Shown here in pieces: positions 55,038-64,000 of a stretch of 64,000 bases of DNA; within the stretch, counting starts at the first letter, position 1; each line of letters opens with the position of its first letter. Where the stretch lies: NCBI GenBank assembly GCA_049303675.1, contig JBAQNJ010000001.1, positions 344,711 to 408,710 on the forward strand, read 5' to 3'. This DNA is from Microgenomates group bacterium. GTDB taxonomy: Bacteria > Patescibacteriota > Microgenomatia > UBA12405. The notes under the pieces were generated by a model. The model ran no database searches, was not told the origin of the DNA, and saw only the letters and a program-made list of their open reading frames with translations. Made by a program: the position numbers and the translations under genes.

Positions 55038-55946
55038 ATGTTAGTATTATTTATGCAAAATAAAATTTTATTTCTATTTTTTTGGTTAAGTATTTTTTTA
55101 TTTGTCACCACCGATACCGCCCTCGCCTACAACATCAATATTTCTCTTGATAATTATGGTAATGCCACCTATTCTTTCCCCAGTGTTTTAGGGGATGATG
55201 ATCAACCTGAGAAACCTGATACAGAGAAAAAGGAAGAGTCAAAGGAGGAGAAAAAAGAAGAGAAAAAATCAGAAAAATCTGAAGTTAGAGAAACACCCAA
55301 TACCTCCCGCCCTGAAAAAATTGAAATCAAAAGGGAAGAAAACAAATCCAAAGTTACTCTTAAAAAAAGCGACAAAAGCAAGCAAGAACTCAGACCAGAT
55401 AAAGTAAAATTAAAATTTTCCGCAGTTCCCAAACTCACCCCCACTCCAAAAATGGAGGTTGAAGACGAGGCTAATGATTCTTCAGATGATGTTACTAAAG
55501 TTGTCGAAGACCGTGCTAATCGTACCAACGAGAAGGTTGAGTTTCAAAGCGAAGTCCACGACGATGGCACCGTCGAAATGCAATTAGAATCCCGCAATAT
55601 CAAAGCCAAGATAAAAAGCGATGAAATTGAATTAGATGTCAAAAATAACAATATTGGTATGACCAACAATGCGGGTGTCCAAACTACACTGGTTCACTTA
55701 CCCGACCAGGTCATCACCAAGTTTTTAGAATTAGGTATCTCTAGTACTCCTGACAGTTTAGAAATCGGTCAATCAGCTGAGGGATTTGTCTACAAATCCA
55801 AATCTATCAAAAACCAAAATTTGTTTGGAATTTTCCCCCGTCAAGTTGAGTATGATGTCTCTCTCAATGACTCAACTGGTGATATCACTCAGCAAAAATC
55901 AGCCGCCAATTTTGTCCAGCAATTTCTAAATTTATTTACCTTTTAA
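55038..55946 (+). CDS. secreted Lys/Glu-rich low-complexity protein
   Basis: Signal/TM N-terminus, KEEKKEEKK repeats. Confidence 0.35.
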   Translation: MLVLFMQNKILFLFFWLSIFLFVTTDTALAYNINISLDNYGNATYSFPSVLGDDDQPEKPDTEKKEESKEEKKEEKKSEKSEVRETPNTSRPEKIEIKREENKSKVTLKKSDKSKQELRPDKVKLKFSAVPKLTPTPKMEVEDEANDSSDDVTKVVEDRANRTNEKVEFQSEVHDDGTVEMQLESRNIKAKIKSDEIELDVKNNNIGMTNNAGVQTTLVHLPDQVITKFLELGISSTPDSLEIGQSAEGFVYKSKSIKNQNLFGIFPRQVEYDVSLNDSTGDITQQKSAANFVQQFLNLFTF

Positions 55947-55947
55947 C

Positions 55948-57124
55948 CTAGACAGCCACCAATCTTTCTTTGTGAAATACTTTAAACGATAGCCAAAAAC
56001 ACAACAAGACTACTCCCGATCCACCCAAAAACGGATAATGAATATTTAGTTGCCCTAGCCCGCCACCGATAATCGGCCCCAATACCTGCCCCACACTCAT
56101 ATACGAAGTCTGCAGTCCCATTATCACCCCCTGCGATTTAGCATCTGTTTCATTGGCGATAATTGACTGAGTCAGGGGATTAACCATGGCATTAGAAACC
56201 GACATTAGTATCGAGGCCGCTATAAATAGTGGCCATGAGTTCGAGGCCGACATCAAAAAAAACGCCACCGACACTAGTCCAATTGCCATCGGATATGTTT
56301 TTTTAATAGATATTTTTTTCAGTATTCTTTGCACCAAAATTAGTTGGGACAACAATCCAGTTATTCCAAATAGAGTGAAAATTTGGGCAATTTGTTGTGG
56401 TCCCATCCCCAATGTTTTAACCGAAAATGGTTGGAAGGCGTAGGTGAATAGAGAAAATGATAGCGAATACAGCGCCGTAATAATTAGAAGTGTGCCAATG
56501 TTTGGATCAATTAAAGCTCCCAGCATTTTTTTAAAATCAAACAATCGGTGATGTGACACTTCTCCCATCTGCTGGTTTGTTTCTGGCAATATTATGGCCG
56601 TAATTACTACTGCCAATAGTGCCATGCATCCCGATATTACAAATGGTACCCACATGCCATATCCCACAGTCAGTGCTGAAATTGCCGGTCCAAAAATAAA
56701 TCCAAATCCAAACGAAGCCCCGATAATTCCAAATCCCTTGGCCCTATCTTTTGGTGCCATGGTGTCAGAAATTATTGCCGACAATATCGGTATATTTCCC
56801 GCTGTTATCCCATCCAATGCCCGTGCCAAAAACAAAAATGCTGCGCTGGGTGCCACCGCCATCAAAAAGAATGATCCGGCCGTCCCCGCCACCGATATTA
56901 TATAGTAGTGGCTTTCGGCCGTATTTGTCTGATAATCTGCCAATTATTGGCGTCGATATAAACTGGCAAATTGAAAACAGGGCAAACAGTAGCCCATTTT
57001 GAAAATCACTTAGACCAAACTTGTGACTATATGTATATAGTATCGGGATAATAATTCCATAGCCTAGGGCATTCACTATGGCAATTAGGGCAATTATTAA
57101 TAAATTTTTGTTCTCTTTTGTCAT
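55948..57124 (-). pseudogene. MFS transporter split by a frameshift near 56890-56910 (ORFs 56765-57124 and 55948-56943)
   Basis: N-terminal ORF ends GRLSDKYGRKPLL then turns to nonsense; downstream ORF continues the MFS TM3-TM12 sequence in another frame. Confidence 0.5.
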
Positions 57125-57195
57125 CTATAGTCTGGAATTATAGCAAATATAGTTATGGCAAGAATAGTCGGTTTGCGGTATCCTAACTAATAATT

Positions 57196-57651
57196 ATGAA
57201 ACCTGAGTTAGTATTTTATTGGAAAATATTACTCTATATTTTTCTCGGTTTACTTTTTATTGGGGTCAACTGTTTTCTCTACTTAAAGTATCAACAGCAA
57301 ACTACTTCCTCTATTACCACACCTACCCCCTCTCCCTCGCCTAGTCTTACTCCCACCAATGTTGTCCAAAAACAGTTTTCTGCACTCCGTTTCTCCATCC
57401 AAAACGGTTCCGGTAAGACAGGTTATGCCCTAGCTACTGCCACCCAGTTTAAGGCCGCCGGTCTCCTCGATATCACTACCAGCAACGCCCCGTCGAGTGA
57501 TTACACCCAATCCGAATTAATTTTTCAATCCTCTGAATTAAAAAATTTATATACCCCAAACTTTATCTCAATTTTTCCAGTACCATCCTCCAATATTACA
57601 GTTGATCAAAATCAATCTTTTGATGTTGTCCTTATTCTCGGCACCAACTAA
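57196..57651 (+). CDS. LytR_C-domain (LytR/CpsA/Psr C-terminal-like) membrane-anchored protein
   Basis: N-terminal TM, Pro/Ser/Thr linker, C-terminal VQKQFSALRFSIQNGSGKTGYA...FDVVLILG typical of LytR_C. Confidence 0.45.
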   Translation: MKPELVFYWKILLYIFLGLLFIGVNCFLYLKYQQQTTSSITTPTPSPSPSLTPTNVVQKQFSALRFSIQNGSGKTGYALATATQFKAAGLLDITTSNAPSSDYTQSELIFQSSELKNLYTPNFISIFPVPSSNITVDQNQSFDVVLILGTN

Positions 57652-57656
57652 ACTTT

Positions 57657-58097
57657 ATGTCAGCTCATAAATTTGAATTATTAATCATCTTTGGCACTAT
57701 CATCCTCGCCATCGCTTTTGTTGTCACTGCCCTCAACCCTGCTGCCCGCCGGCGCGAAGCCCGCAATACTGCTCGTACCGCCGCCGTCGATACTATTCTG
57801 TCTGCCATTCATCAATACGTTCTTAGTACTGGCAGTGTTCCACCAGAAATCAATTCTATTGCTAGCCAAATTGGCACCTGCACCACTGGCGGCAATGTTC
57901 TCTGTCCCAATGCTAGTTCCGTCTGTATCGACCTGAGTACCATTCTCTCCTCTGGTGAATATTTAAAATCAAATCCTCTCGACCCTCTGTCAGGTACAGC
58001 TTCTTCCACTGGTTATGCCATATCCAGAGACGTCAACAATGTTTTTACTGTTTCTGCCTGTCAAGCTGAGGGCCTATCTATCAATCACTCCCGCTAA
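57657..58097 (+). CDS. type IV pilin-like protein (degenerate prepilin N-terminus)
   Basis: KFELLIIFGTIILAIAFVV hydrophobic N-terminus followed by a Cys pair. Confidence 0.3.
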   Translation: MSAHKFELLIIFGTIILAIAFVVTALNPAARRREARNTARTAAVDTILSAIHQYVLSTGSVPPEINSIASQIGTCTTGGNVLCPNASSVCIDLSTILSSGEYLKSNPLDPLSGTASSTGYAISRDVNNVFTVSACQAEGLSINHSR

Positions 58098-58099
58098 TT

Positions 58100-58648
58100 G
58101 TGTTAAATCAACTAATTGCCTATCTCCAGCACCTATCATTAGTCCTCCCGCTCGAGATATTTTGTTTAGTAGGTTCTTTCATCGAAGAAATTATTGGCCC
58201 TATTCCTTCACCTATTATTCTAGTGACTTCGGGAACCATTGTCTTTCAACGACATGGCCCCGAACTTTACCTAATAGTCCTCGCCATTATTGCTGCCTCT
58301 GGTAAAACTTTTGCTAGTTGGATTATTTATTATCTCTCCGACAAAGTTGAAGATTTGATTTTTACCAAATACGGTCAAGTTTTGGGCACAGTTCGCCGTG
58401 AAGTCGACAAAATGAGTGCTTATTTTAATGGCACTTGGAAGGATGACTTTTTTCTAATACTATTTCGGGCTATTCCTATTTTTCCCACTACCGCTGTTTC
58501 CATTGCCAGCGGATTTATCAAGTTAGACCAAAAATCATTTATTAGGTCTACTTTTATTGGATTTTTTATTCGCAGTCTTTTTCTATTATATTTAGGTTAC
58601 GCCGGTATCGAGTCATTCGGTCTACTTCGTTCTTGGTTGGCCGAATAG
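58100..58648 (+). CDS. DedA/SNARE-associated family membrane protein
   Basis: Conserved GxxxPxxP-containing segment (IEEIIGPIPSPIIL...) and 4 TM. Confidence 0.5.
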   Translation: MLNQLIAYLQHLSLVLPLEIFCLVGSFIEEIIGPIPSPIILVTSGTIVFQRHGPELYLIVLAIIAASGKTFASWIIYYLSDKVEDLIFTKYGQVLGTVRREVDKMSAYFNGTWKDDFFLILFRAIPIFPTTAVSIASGFIKLDQKSFIRSTFIGFFIRSLFLLYLGYAGIESFGLLRSWLAE

Positions 58649-58669
58649 TTTTCAGCCCCTCTTCAGTCT

Positions 58670-59359
58670 TTGGACTATAATAGGGCCATGAGAATCCTTG
58701 TCATCGAAGACGAACATCGTATCGCCCAATCAATCAAAAAGGGCCTAGAACAGGAGCATTATGCTGTCGATGTCGCTTATGACGGTCTTGACGGTTATGA
58801 TCTAGCCACTACCGAAGAATATGATTTAATCCTTTTAGACCTAATGTTACCCAGCAAAGATGGTCTGTCTATTTGCCGTGATCTTCGTGGTCAAAAAATA
58901 AATATTCCCATACTGATGCTCACCGCCCGTGGCCAAACTGATGACAAAATTACTGGTCTCGATGCTGGTGCCGATGATTATCTCACCAAACCATTTTCCT
59001 TCGATGAACTATTGGCGCGCATTCGTGCTCTTTGTCGTCGCCCAGCACCAGCCTTATCAACGGTGCTAGCAGTCGGTGATCTCACTTTGGACACTACCAA
59101 CTACTTAGTCACTCGCCGTGGAGTCAATATTAAATTATCCGGCAAAGAGTATTCCTTACTCGAGTTTTTCATGCGTCACCCTCATCAAATTCTTCGCAAA
59201 GAGAGAATCATCGGCCATGTTTGGGACTACGACTCCGACATCCTCCCCAATACAGTTGAAGTCTATATCAAAAATCTTCGTCACAAAATTGATACCCCTT
59301 TTCCCCACCAAAAACCTCTATTTACTACCATTCGTGGTTTTGGTTATCGATTAGGATAA
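58670..59359 (+). CDS. OmpR-family response regulator
   Basis: Receiver domain plus winged helix (TIRGFGYRL). Confidence 0.85.
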   Translation: MDYNRAMRILVIEDEHRIAQSIKKGLEQEHYAVDVAYDGLDGYDLATTEEYDLILLDLMLPSKDGLSICRDLRGQKINIPILMLTARGQTDDKITGLDAGADDYLTKPFSFDELLARIRALCRRPAPALSTVLAVGDLTLDTTNYLVTRRGVNIKLSGKEYSLLEFFMRHPHQILRKERIIGHVWDYDSDILPNTVEVYIKNLRHKIDTPFPHQKPLFTTIRGFGYRLG

Positions 59360-59361
59360 TT

Positions 59362-60339
59362 ATGTTTAAATCAGCCAGAATCAAATTAACCAGTTGGTAT
59401 TTACTTATAATTATGGTTATTAGTATTGCCTTTAGTGTTTTTATCTACCAGTTAATTTCCTTTGAAATATATCGTTTTGCTCGGGCTCAGCGTGGTCGTT
59501 TTGAGAGTCGACTCTACATCAATACTCCTGTAGAAATGGACCTAATCTTCGAAACCCAGCATCGTCTCCTCTTGTCTCTTATTGTTATCAACAGCACTAT
59601 CTTTGCCATTTCTGGGACACTCGGTTATTTTCTCGCCGGCAAGACTTTAGCCCCGATCCAAAAAATGGTCGATGATCAAAATCGTTTTATCTCCGATTCT
59701 TCCCACGAATTTAGGACTCCACTTACAGCCCTTAAATCATCACTTGAGGTAAATTTGCGCGACAAAAAAATGACTCTATCCGCCGCCCGTCGACTAATGA
59801 GGGACAACATTATTGAAGTCAACAGTCTTCAGGCACTCTCTGATGGTTTGCTTCAATTGACTCAGTATCAGCAGGTCAAAATAAATTTTCACCCACTCGA
59901 TATTTACGATGTTATCCAAAAATCTATCGACAAAATCTCGCCTCTAGCCCATCATAAAAAAATCACTCTTAAAAATAAAACAATTCACCAACAAGTCATG
60001 GGGGACATTTATAGTCTCACCGATTTGTTTGTAATTTTATTAGACAATGCCATCAAGTATAGTCCCCCAAATTCTTCCATAAAAATTACATCCCTCACCA
60101 AAAACAAAAATTTATTAATCTCAGTCCAAGATCAGGGGCAGGGGATCGCCCCCACCGACGTCCCCCATATCTTTGATCGCTTTTATCGATCCGATACCAG
60201 TCGCACCAAATCTGAGGTTACTGGTTTTGGACTTGGGTTATCAATTGCCCAGAACATAGTTGATAATCACCACGGTACCATCAAAGTTGATAGTCAATTA
60301 AATCACGGTAGTACCTTTATTATTTCCTTACCATTATGA
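59362..60339 (+). CDS. sensor histidine kinase
   Basis: SHEFRTPL H-box, NAIKYS, DQGQGI, GFGLGLSIA. Confidence 0.8.
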   Translation: MFKSARIKLTSWYLLIIMVISIAFSVFIYQLISFEIYRFARAQRGRFESRLYINTPVEMDLIFETQHRLLLSLIVINSTIFAISGTLGYFLAGKTLAPIQKMVDDQNRFISDSSHEFRTPLTALKSSLEVNLRDKKMTLSAARRLMRDNIIEVNSLQALSDGLLQLTQYQQVKINFHPLDIYDVIQKSIDKISPLAHHKKITLKNKTIHQQVMGDIYSLTDLFVILLDNAIKYSPPNSSIKITSLTKNKNLLISVQDQGQGIAPTDVPHIFDRFYRSDTSRTKSEVTGFGLGLSIAQNIVDNHHGTIKVDSQLNHGSTFIISLPL

Positions 60340-61547
60340 AATTACCTAATAAAAAAATAGTTATCGGTTTAATCTTTTTAATCGCCATTTATTTTGGCTC
60401 CAAATATTTTTTTACATCATCTAGCTCCGCTCCCACCTATCAAATAGCCAATGCAGAAAAAGGCAGCCTCATCATTAACCTGTCTACTTCAGGGTCAGTC
60501 GCTGCTACCAATAGTCGGACTGTTACCACCACTGCCTCAGGTGTCGTCAAAAAAGTCTACGTCAAGGAGGGACAGGCAGTCCGTACTGGTACTCCAATCA
60601 TGTTAATCGAGCTAGATCTCAATGGAACTCAAAAACTATCATCAGCATATTCATCCTATCTATCCGCCCAAAATAGTTACAAATCTACTCAGGACAAAAT
60701 TTATTCACTCCAGAGTGATCTAGTTTCTGCCAAAAATATTTTCGACAATCAGTGGGCCGGCCAATCTCCCAACGATCCTACCTACATCCAAAAACACAAT
60801 GCCCTTTTGTCCGCCCAAGCCGCCTACGACAATTTACAAAATAGTCTTCGTCAGGCTAGTTCGGCGCTTGAGTCAGCCCGCTTGTCTTATCAAATGGCTA
60901 GCGCTACAGTCTATGCCCCCATTTCCGGTACAGTCTCAGCCATTTCTCTCGCTTCTGGCATGATTCTCAATCCCACTAGTGATACTGCCAATAGCAGTAA
61001 TGTCGCCAACAAAATTGCCATTGTCAAAACCAGTGCCACTCCAGCAATATCTGTTTCTCTCACCGAGACTGATGTCACCAAAGTGAAGGTTGGTCAAAAA
61101 GCCACCATTACCCTCGACGCCCTTCCTGAAAAAACTTATACCGGCAAAGTTATCGCAGTTGACACCAGTGGTACTGTTAGTTCGGGAGTTGTCTCCTACA
61201 CCACTACTATTCAGTTGGATACCAATGTCGATGAAATATTGTCCAACATGTCCGCCACCGCCAGCATTATTACTGATATCGTTGATGATGCCATTTTGGT
61301 TCCCTCTAGCGCGGTAGTTACCGTCAATGGCCAAACTGTAGTACGTCAATTAATCAACAAAGTATTGACCAACATTGAGGTACAAGTTGGCAAAAGCAAT
61401 GGCACTCTAACCCAAATTATTTCTGGCATCAATGATGAGGACTCAGTAGTTACCAGCATCACTACACCCAGTACTACCAGTAAATCTACTACAGGTACTT
61501 CGGTATTTAGTTCCCCTATGGGCAGTGGCAGTCGTATCGGTCGTTAA
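60336..61547 (+). CDS. HlyD/MacA-family periplasmic adaptor
   Basis: N-terminal TM, coiled-coil, beta-barrel/lipoyl-like segments; precedes the ABC ATPase. Confidence 0.55.
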   Translation: MKLPNKKIVIGLIFLIAIYFGSKYFFTSSSSAPTYQIANAEKGSLIINLSTSGSVAATNSRTVTTTASGVVKKVYVKEGQAVRTGTPIMLIELDLNGTQKLSSAYSSYLSAQNSYKSTQDKIYSLQSDLVSAKNIFDNQWAGQSPNDPTYIQKHNALLSAQAAYDNLQNSLRQASSALESARLSYQMASATVYAPISGTVSAISLASGMILNPTSDTANSSNVANKIAIVKTSATPAISVSLTETDVTKVKVGQKATITLDALPEKTYTGKVIAVDTSGTVSSGVVSYTTTIQLDTNVDEILSNMSATASIITDIVDDAILVPSSAVVTVNGQTVVRQLINKVLTNIEVQVGKSNGTLTQIISGINDEDSVVTSITTPSTTSKSTTGTSVFSSPMGSGSRIGR

Positions 61548-61548
61548 T

Positions 61549-62214
61549 ATGATCAAATTAATCAATATTTCCAAGGTCTACCAAAATGACAGCGTCAAGA
61601 CTGTAGCTCTAACCGATATTTCTTTTCATATAAAAAAAGGCGATTTTGTGGCTATCATGGGTCCATCTGGTTCGGGTAAATCTACCTTAATGCATATTTT
61701 GGGGGCCCTCGATACCCCCACCGCAGGTGAATATTTATTAGATGGTATCTCAGTTGCCAAACTAAATGATGATCAGCTATCCGAAATTCGTAATCAAAAA
61801 ATTGGCTTTATTTTTCAAGCATTCAATTTATTACCCCGAACTACCGTTCTCAAAAATGTCATGTTACCCATGGCCTATGCTGGAATCGAGGCAGACAAAC
61901 GTGAAGAAATTGCCCTAAAGTACATCAAACTAGTTGGTCTCTCGGATAGGATCAACCATACTAGCAATCAATTATCCGGCGGCCAGCAGCAACGAGTTGC
62001 CATTGCCAGATCACTAGTTTTGAATCCCAAAATAATTCTGGCCGATGAGCCTACCGGTAATATTGCCTCAGATCAGGCCGAGCAAATCATGGCTATATTT
62101 AAAAAACTAAATCAAGAGGGTCATACAGTTATCATGATTACTCATGAGCCCGACATCGCCGCCCATGCCCATCGTATTATTCACATCCGTGACGGCAAAA
62201 TCTCCAAAAATTAG
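61549..62214 (+). CDS. ABC transporter ATP-binding protein (MacB/LolD type)
   Basis: Walker [10 protein letters not shown], signature LSGGQQQRV, Walker B ILADEPTG. Confidence 0.85.
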   Translation: MIKLINISKVYQNDSVKTVALTDISFHIKKGDFVAIMGPSGSGKSTLMHILGALDTPTAGEYLLDGISVAKLNDDQLSEIRNQKIGFIFQAFNLLPRTTVLKNVMLPMAYAGIEADKREEIALKYIKLVGLSDRINHTSNQLSGGQQQRVAIARSLVLNPKIILADEPTGNIASDQAEQIMAIFKKLNQEGHTVIMITHEPDIAAHAHRIIHIRDGKISKN

Positions 62215-62224
62215 AATTATTTTT

Positions 62225-62262
62225 TAAATTATTAAATTCCGTTAAATTATTAAATTTTATTA
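62225..62262 (+). repeat. degenerate copy R4 of the TTAAATT direct-repeat motif, directly upstream of the permease gene
   Basis: ttaaattattaaattccgttaaattattaaattttattaa. Confidence 0.45.
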
Positions 62263-62263
62263 A

Positions 62264-63487
62264 ATGAATCTCTTTGAAATATTTATTGAAGCATTAGGAA
62301 CTCTAACTCTCAACAAAACTCGTACCGGTCTGGCTATTTTAGGAATTGTCATTGGTATTGGTTCGGTTATCTCTCTTGTATCTCTTGGCAAAGCCAGTCA
62401 GACCGCCATCCAAAACCAAATTCAATCTCTTGGCGCCAATTTATTAACTATTTCCCCAGGTTCTCAGTCTCAGAGTGGGGGAGTCCGTGGCGCCGCCGGT
62501 GGCCGCACTACTCTAACCAACGAAGATGCTACTGCTATTTCGACATCTACAACTTTGACCAATATTGTCGCAGTTTCACCCGAATACTCTGGTCGCACCC
62601 AATTAATTACTACCAGCAGTAATTCCAATTCTCAAGTAATCGGTGCCACTCCCACCTATCAGACAATTCACAAAATAACTCTATCGTCTGGTAGTTTTCT
62701 GACAGACGCCGATGTTCAGTCTAGTAATCGTGTCGCCATCATTGGCCCCACTGTAGCTACCAATTTGTTTGGCAGCACCGATCCACTTGGCCAAAATTTA
62801 CGTATTAAGGGCAAAAATTTTATTGTTATTGGGGTAACCACCAGTAAGGGAGGCTCAGGTTTTATGAACCAAGATGATTTGGTAATTATTCCACTTACTA
62901 CTGCCCAAAAACAAATATTTGGTGTCAATTATTTATCTTCAATTGCCCTTGAGGCTCGCTCGGCCGATGTCATGACCGCCGCCCAAGACGAAGTGGGTTA
63001 TTTCTTACTGAGTCGCCACCAACTAACTGATCCGGCTACTGCTGATTTCTCCATCTTTTCCCAGCAAGATATTTTGACCGCTGCCACCAGCACTACCGGT
63101 ACTTTTACCACCCTTTTAACTGGTGTCGCTGCCATCTCTTTATTGGTCGGTGGCATTGGCATTATGAATATAATGTTAGTGACTGTCACCGAGCGCACCC
63201 GCGAAATTGGTCTACGCAAAGCCCTCGGTGCCAAGAGGAAAACCATTATTTATCAATTTCTTATCGAAGCAGTTATTCTTACTTTTACTGGCGGTGTCAT
63301 TGGGGTCATCTTCGGAATTATTACTTCTTATATTATTTCGCTTTTGACCAATACTTTGTTTGTTGTCTCACCTACTTCTATTTTATTAGCCTTTGCGGTT
63401 TCCTCGGTAATTGGGATAGTTTTTGGTTGGTATCCGGCCAACAAGGCCGCCAAGTTACAGCCCATCGAGGCTCTTCGTTATGAATAG
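62264..63487 (+). CDS. ABC transporter permease (MacB/FtsX-like)
   Basis: N-terminal TM, large periplasmic domain, C-terminal 3 TM with FtsX-type layout. Confidence 0.75.
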   Translation: MNLFEIFIEALGTLTLNKTRTGLAILGIVIGIGSVISLVSLGKASQTAIQNQIQSLGANLLTISPGSQSQSGGVRGAAGGRTTLTNEDATAISTSTTLTNIVAVSPEYSGRTQLITTSSNSNSQVIGATPTYQTIHKITLSSGSFLTDADVQSSNRVAIIGPTVATNLFGSTDPLGQNLRIKGKNFIVIGVTTSKGGSGFMNQDDLVIIPLTTAQKQIFGVNYLSSIALEARSADVMTAAQDEVGYFLLSRHQLTDPATADFSIFSQQDILTAATSTTGTFTTLLTGVAAISLLVGGIGIMNIMLVTVTERTREIGLRKALGAKRKTIIYQFLIEAVILTFTGGVIGVIFGIITSYIISLLTNTLFVVSPTSILLAFAVSSVIGIVFGWYPANKAAKLQPIEALRYE

Positions 63488-63528
63488 TTCAGCCTTTCTT
63501 CAGTCTTATTGATTACAATCAATCCAAT

Positions 63529-63963
63529 ATGAATAATAATAATCTGCTGATCACCGCTATCTTAGTTATCGTTTTTACCATTGCTGGATTCTATGGAGGG
63601 ATTAGGTATCAACAGTCTAAAGTGCCCTCGTTTGGTGGTAGGTTTACTCAAGTCGAACGAACAGGAAATCTTCAAAACAGTCGAGGTCGGATGATGGGTG
63701 GTGGCAATATCTTTGGTGACATTATCGCCTCCGATGAAAAGTCTATTACCGTCAAATTAGCCGATGGTTCGAGCAAAATAATTTTGGTAACTAGTTCAAC
63801 TAGTATCGACAAGGCCTCATCAGCCACCATTGCCGATTTCAAAGTTGGTGAAAAAGTCTCCGCTTTTGGAGTGGCCAATGCCGATGGTAGTCTCACTGCC
63901 GCCAACATCCAACTAAATCCCATCATACGCGGCCAAATTAGTCCTACTCCCATAAGCAAATAA
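63529..63963 (+). CDS. hypothetical membrane-anchored protein
   Basis: 144 aa with N-terminal TM helix. Confidence 0.3.
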   Translation: MNNNNLLITAILVIVFTIAGFYGGIRYQQSKVPSFGGRFTQVERTGNLQNSRGRMMGGGNIFGDIIASDEKSITVKLADGSSKIILVTSSTSIDKASSATIADFKVGEKVSAFGVANADGSLTAANIQLNPIIRGQISPTPISK

Positions 63964-64000
63964 ATCCTATATAATCACCTCAATGAAGATAATTGTTGTT

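Overview
This is a low-GC, gene-dense window that reads like a small Patescibacteria/CPR-type bacterial genome. Short intergenic spacers, many small hypothetical proteins and a strong preference for T/C-ending codons in the core genes support that reading.

Recognisable core genes:
- the dnaG–rpoD macromolecular-synthesis pair;
- a polyprenyl diphosphate synthase, thioredoxin and a CsoR/RcnR-family repressor;
- an ADP-forming acetyl-CoA synthetase and a hemerythrin;
- two OmpR-type two-component systems, one directly upstream of a MacA/MacB-like ABC efflux pump;
- an XerC/D-like tyrosine recombinase;
- several MFS transporters, one of them frameshifted.

RNA genes:
- two minus-strand tRNAs with a conserved hairpin between them: a tRNA-Ile-like gene with an unusual TAT anticodon, and an elongator tRNA-Met(CAT);
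- a roughly 300-nt structured RNA with a promoter, a bidirectional terminator and a tRNA-like 3' end (UUCAACU T-loop), so tmRNA-like, though its acceptor stem is atypical;
- a plus-strand tRNA-Asn(GTT) split in its anticodon loop by a 257-nt group I intron.

Accessory and mobile content:
- a REP-associated tyrosine transposase (IS200/RAYT family) carrying an in-frame insertion of its own REP-like palindrome and direct-repeat cluster, with a second cluster just upstream;
- a small family of GC-rich hairpin elements with mirror G-rich arms (3 copies), inserted in-frame into two coding sequences;
- a dispersed 'TCTGTTAAATT' direct-repeat motif (4 sites, same orientation);
- a convergent Sau3AI/MutH-family (GATC-type) endonuclease and C5-cytosine methyltransferase pair;
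- two type II toxin–antitoxin pairs (DinJ/YafQ and RHH/RelE-like);
- a TraG/VirD4-like coupling ATPase, a Pif1-like helicase, and an Erm/KsgA-family rRNA methyltransferase co-oriented with a triple zinc-ribbon protein.

No CRISPR array was seen. Several gene blocks (about 25.7–28.8 kb and 34–42 kb) look compositionally distinct and accessory.
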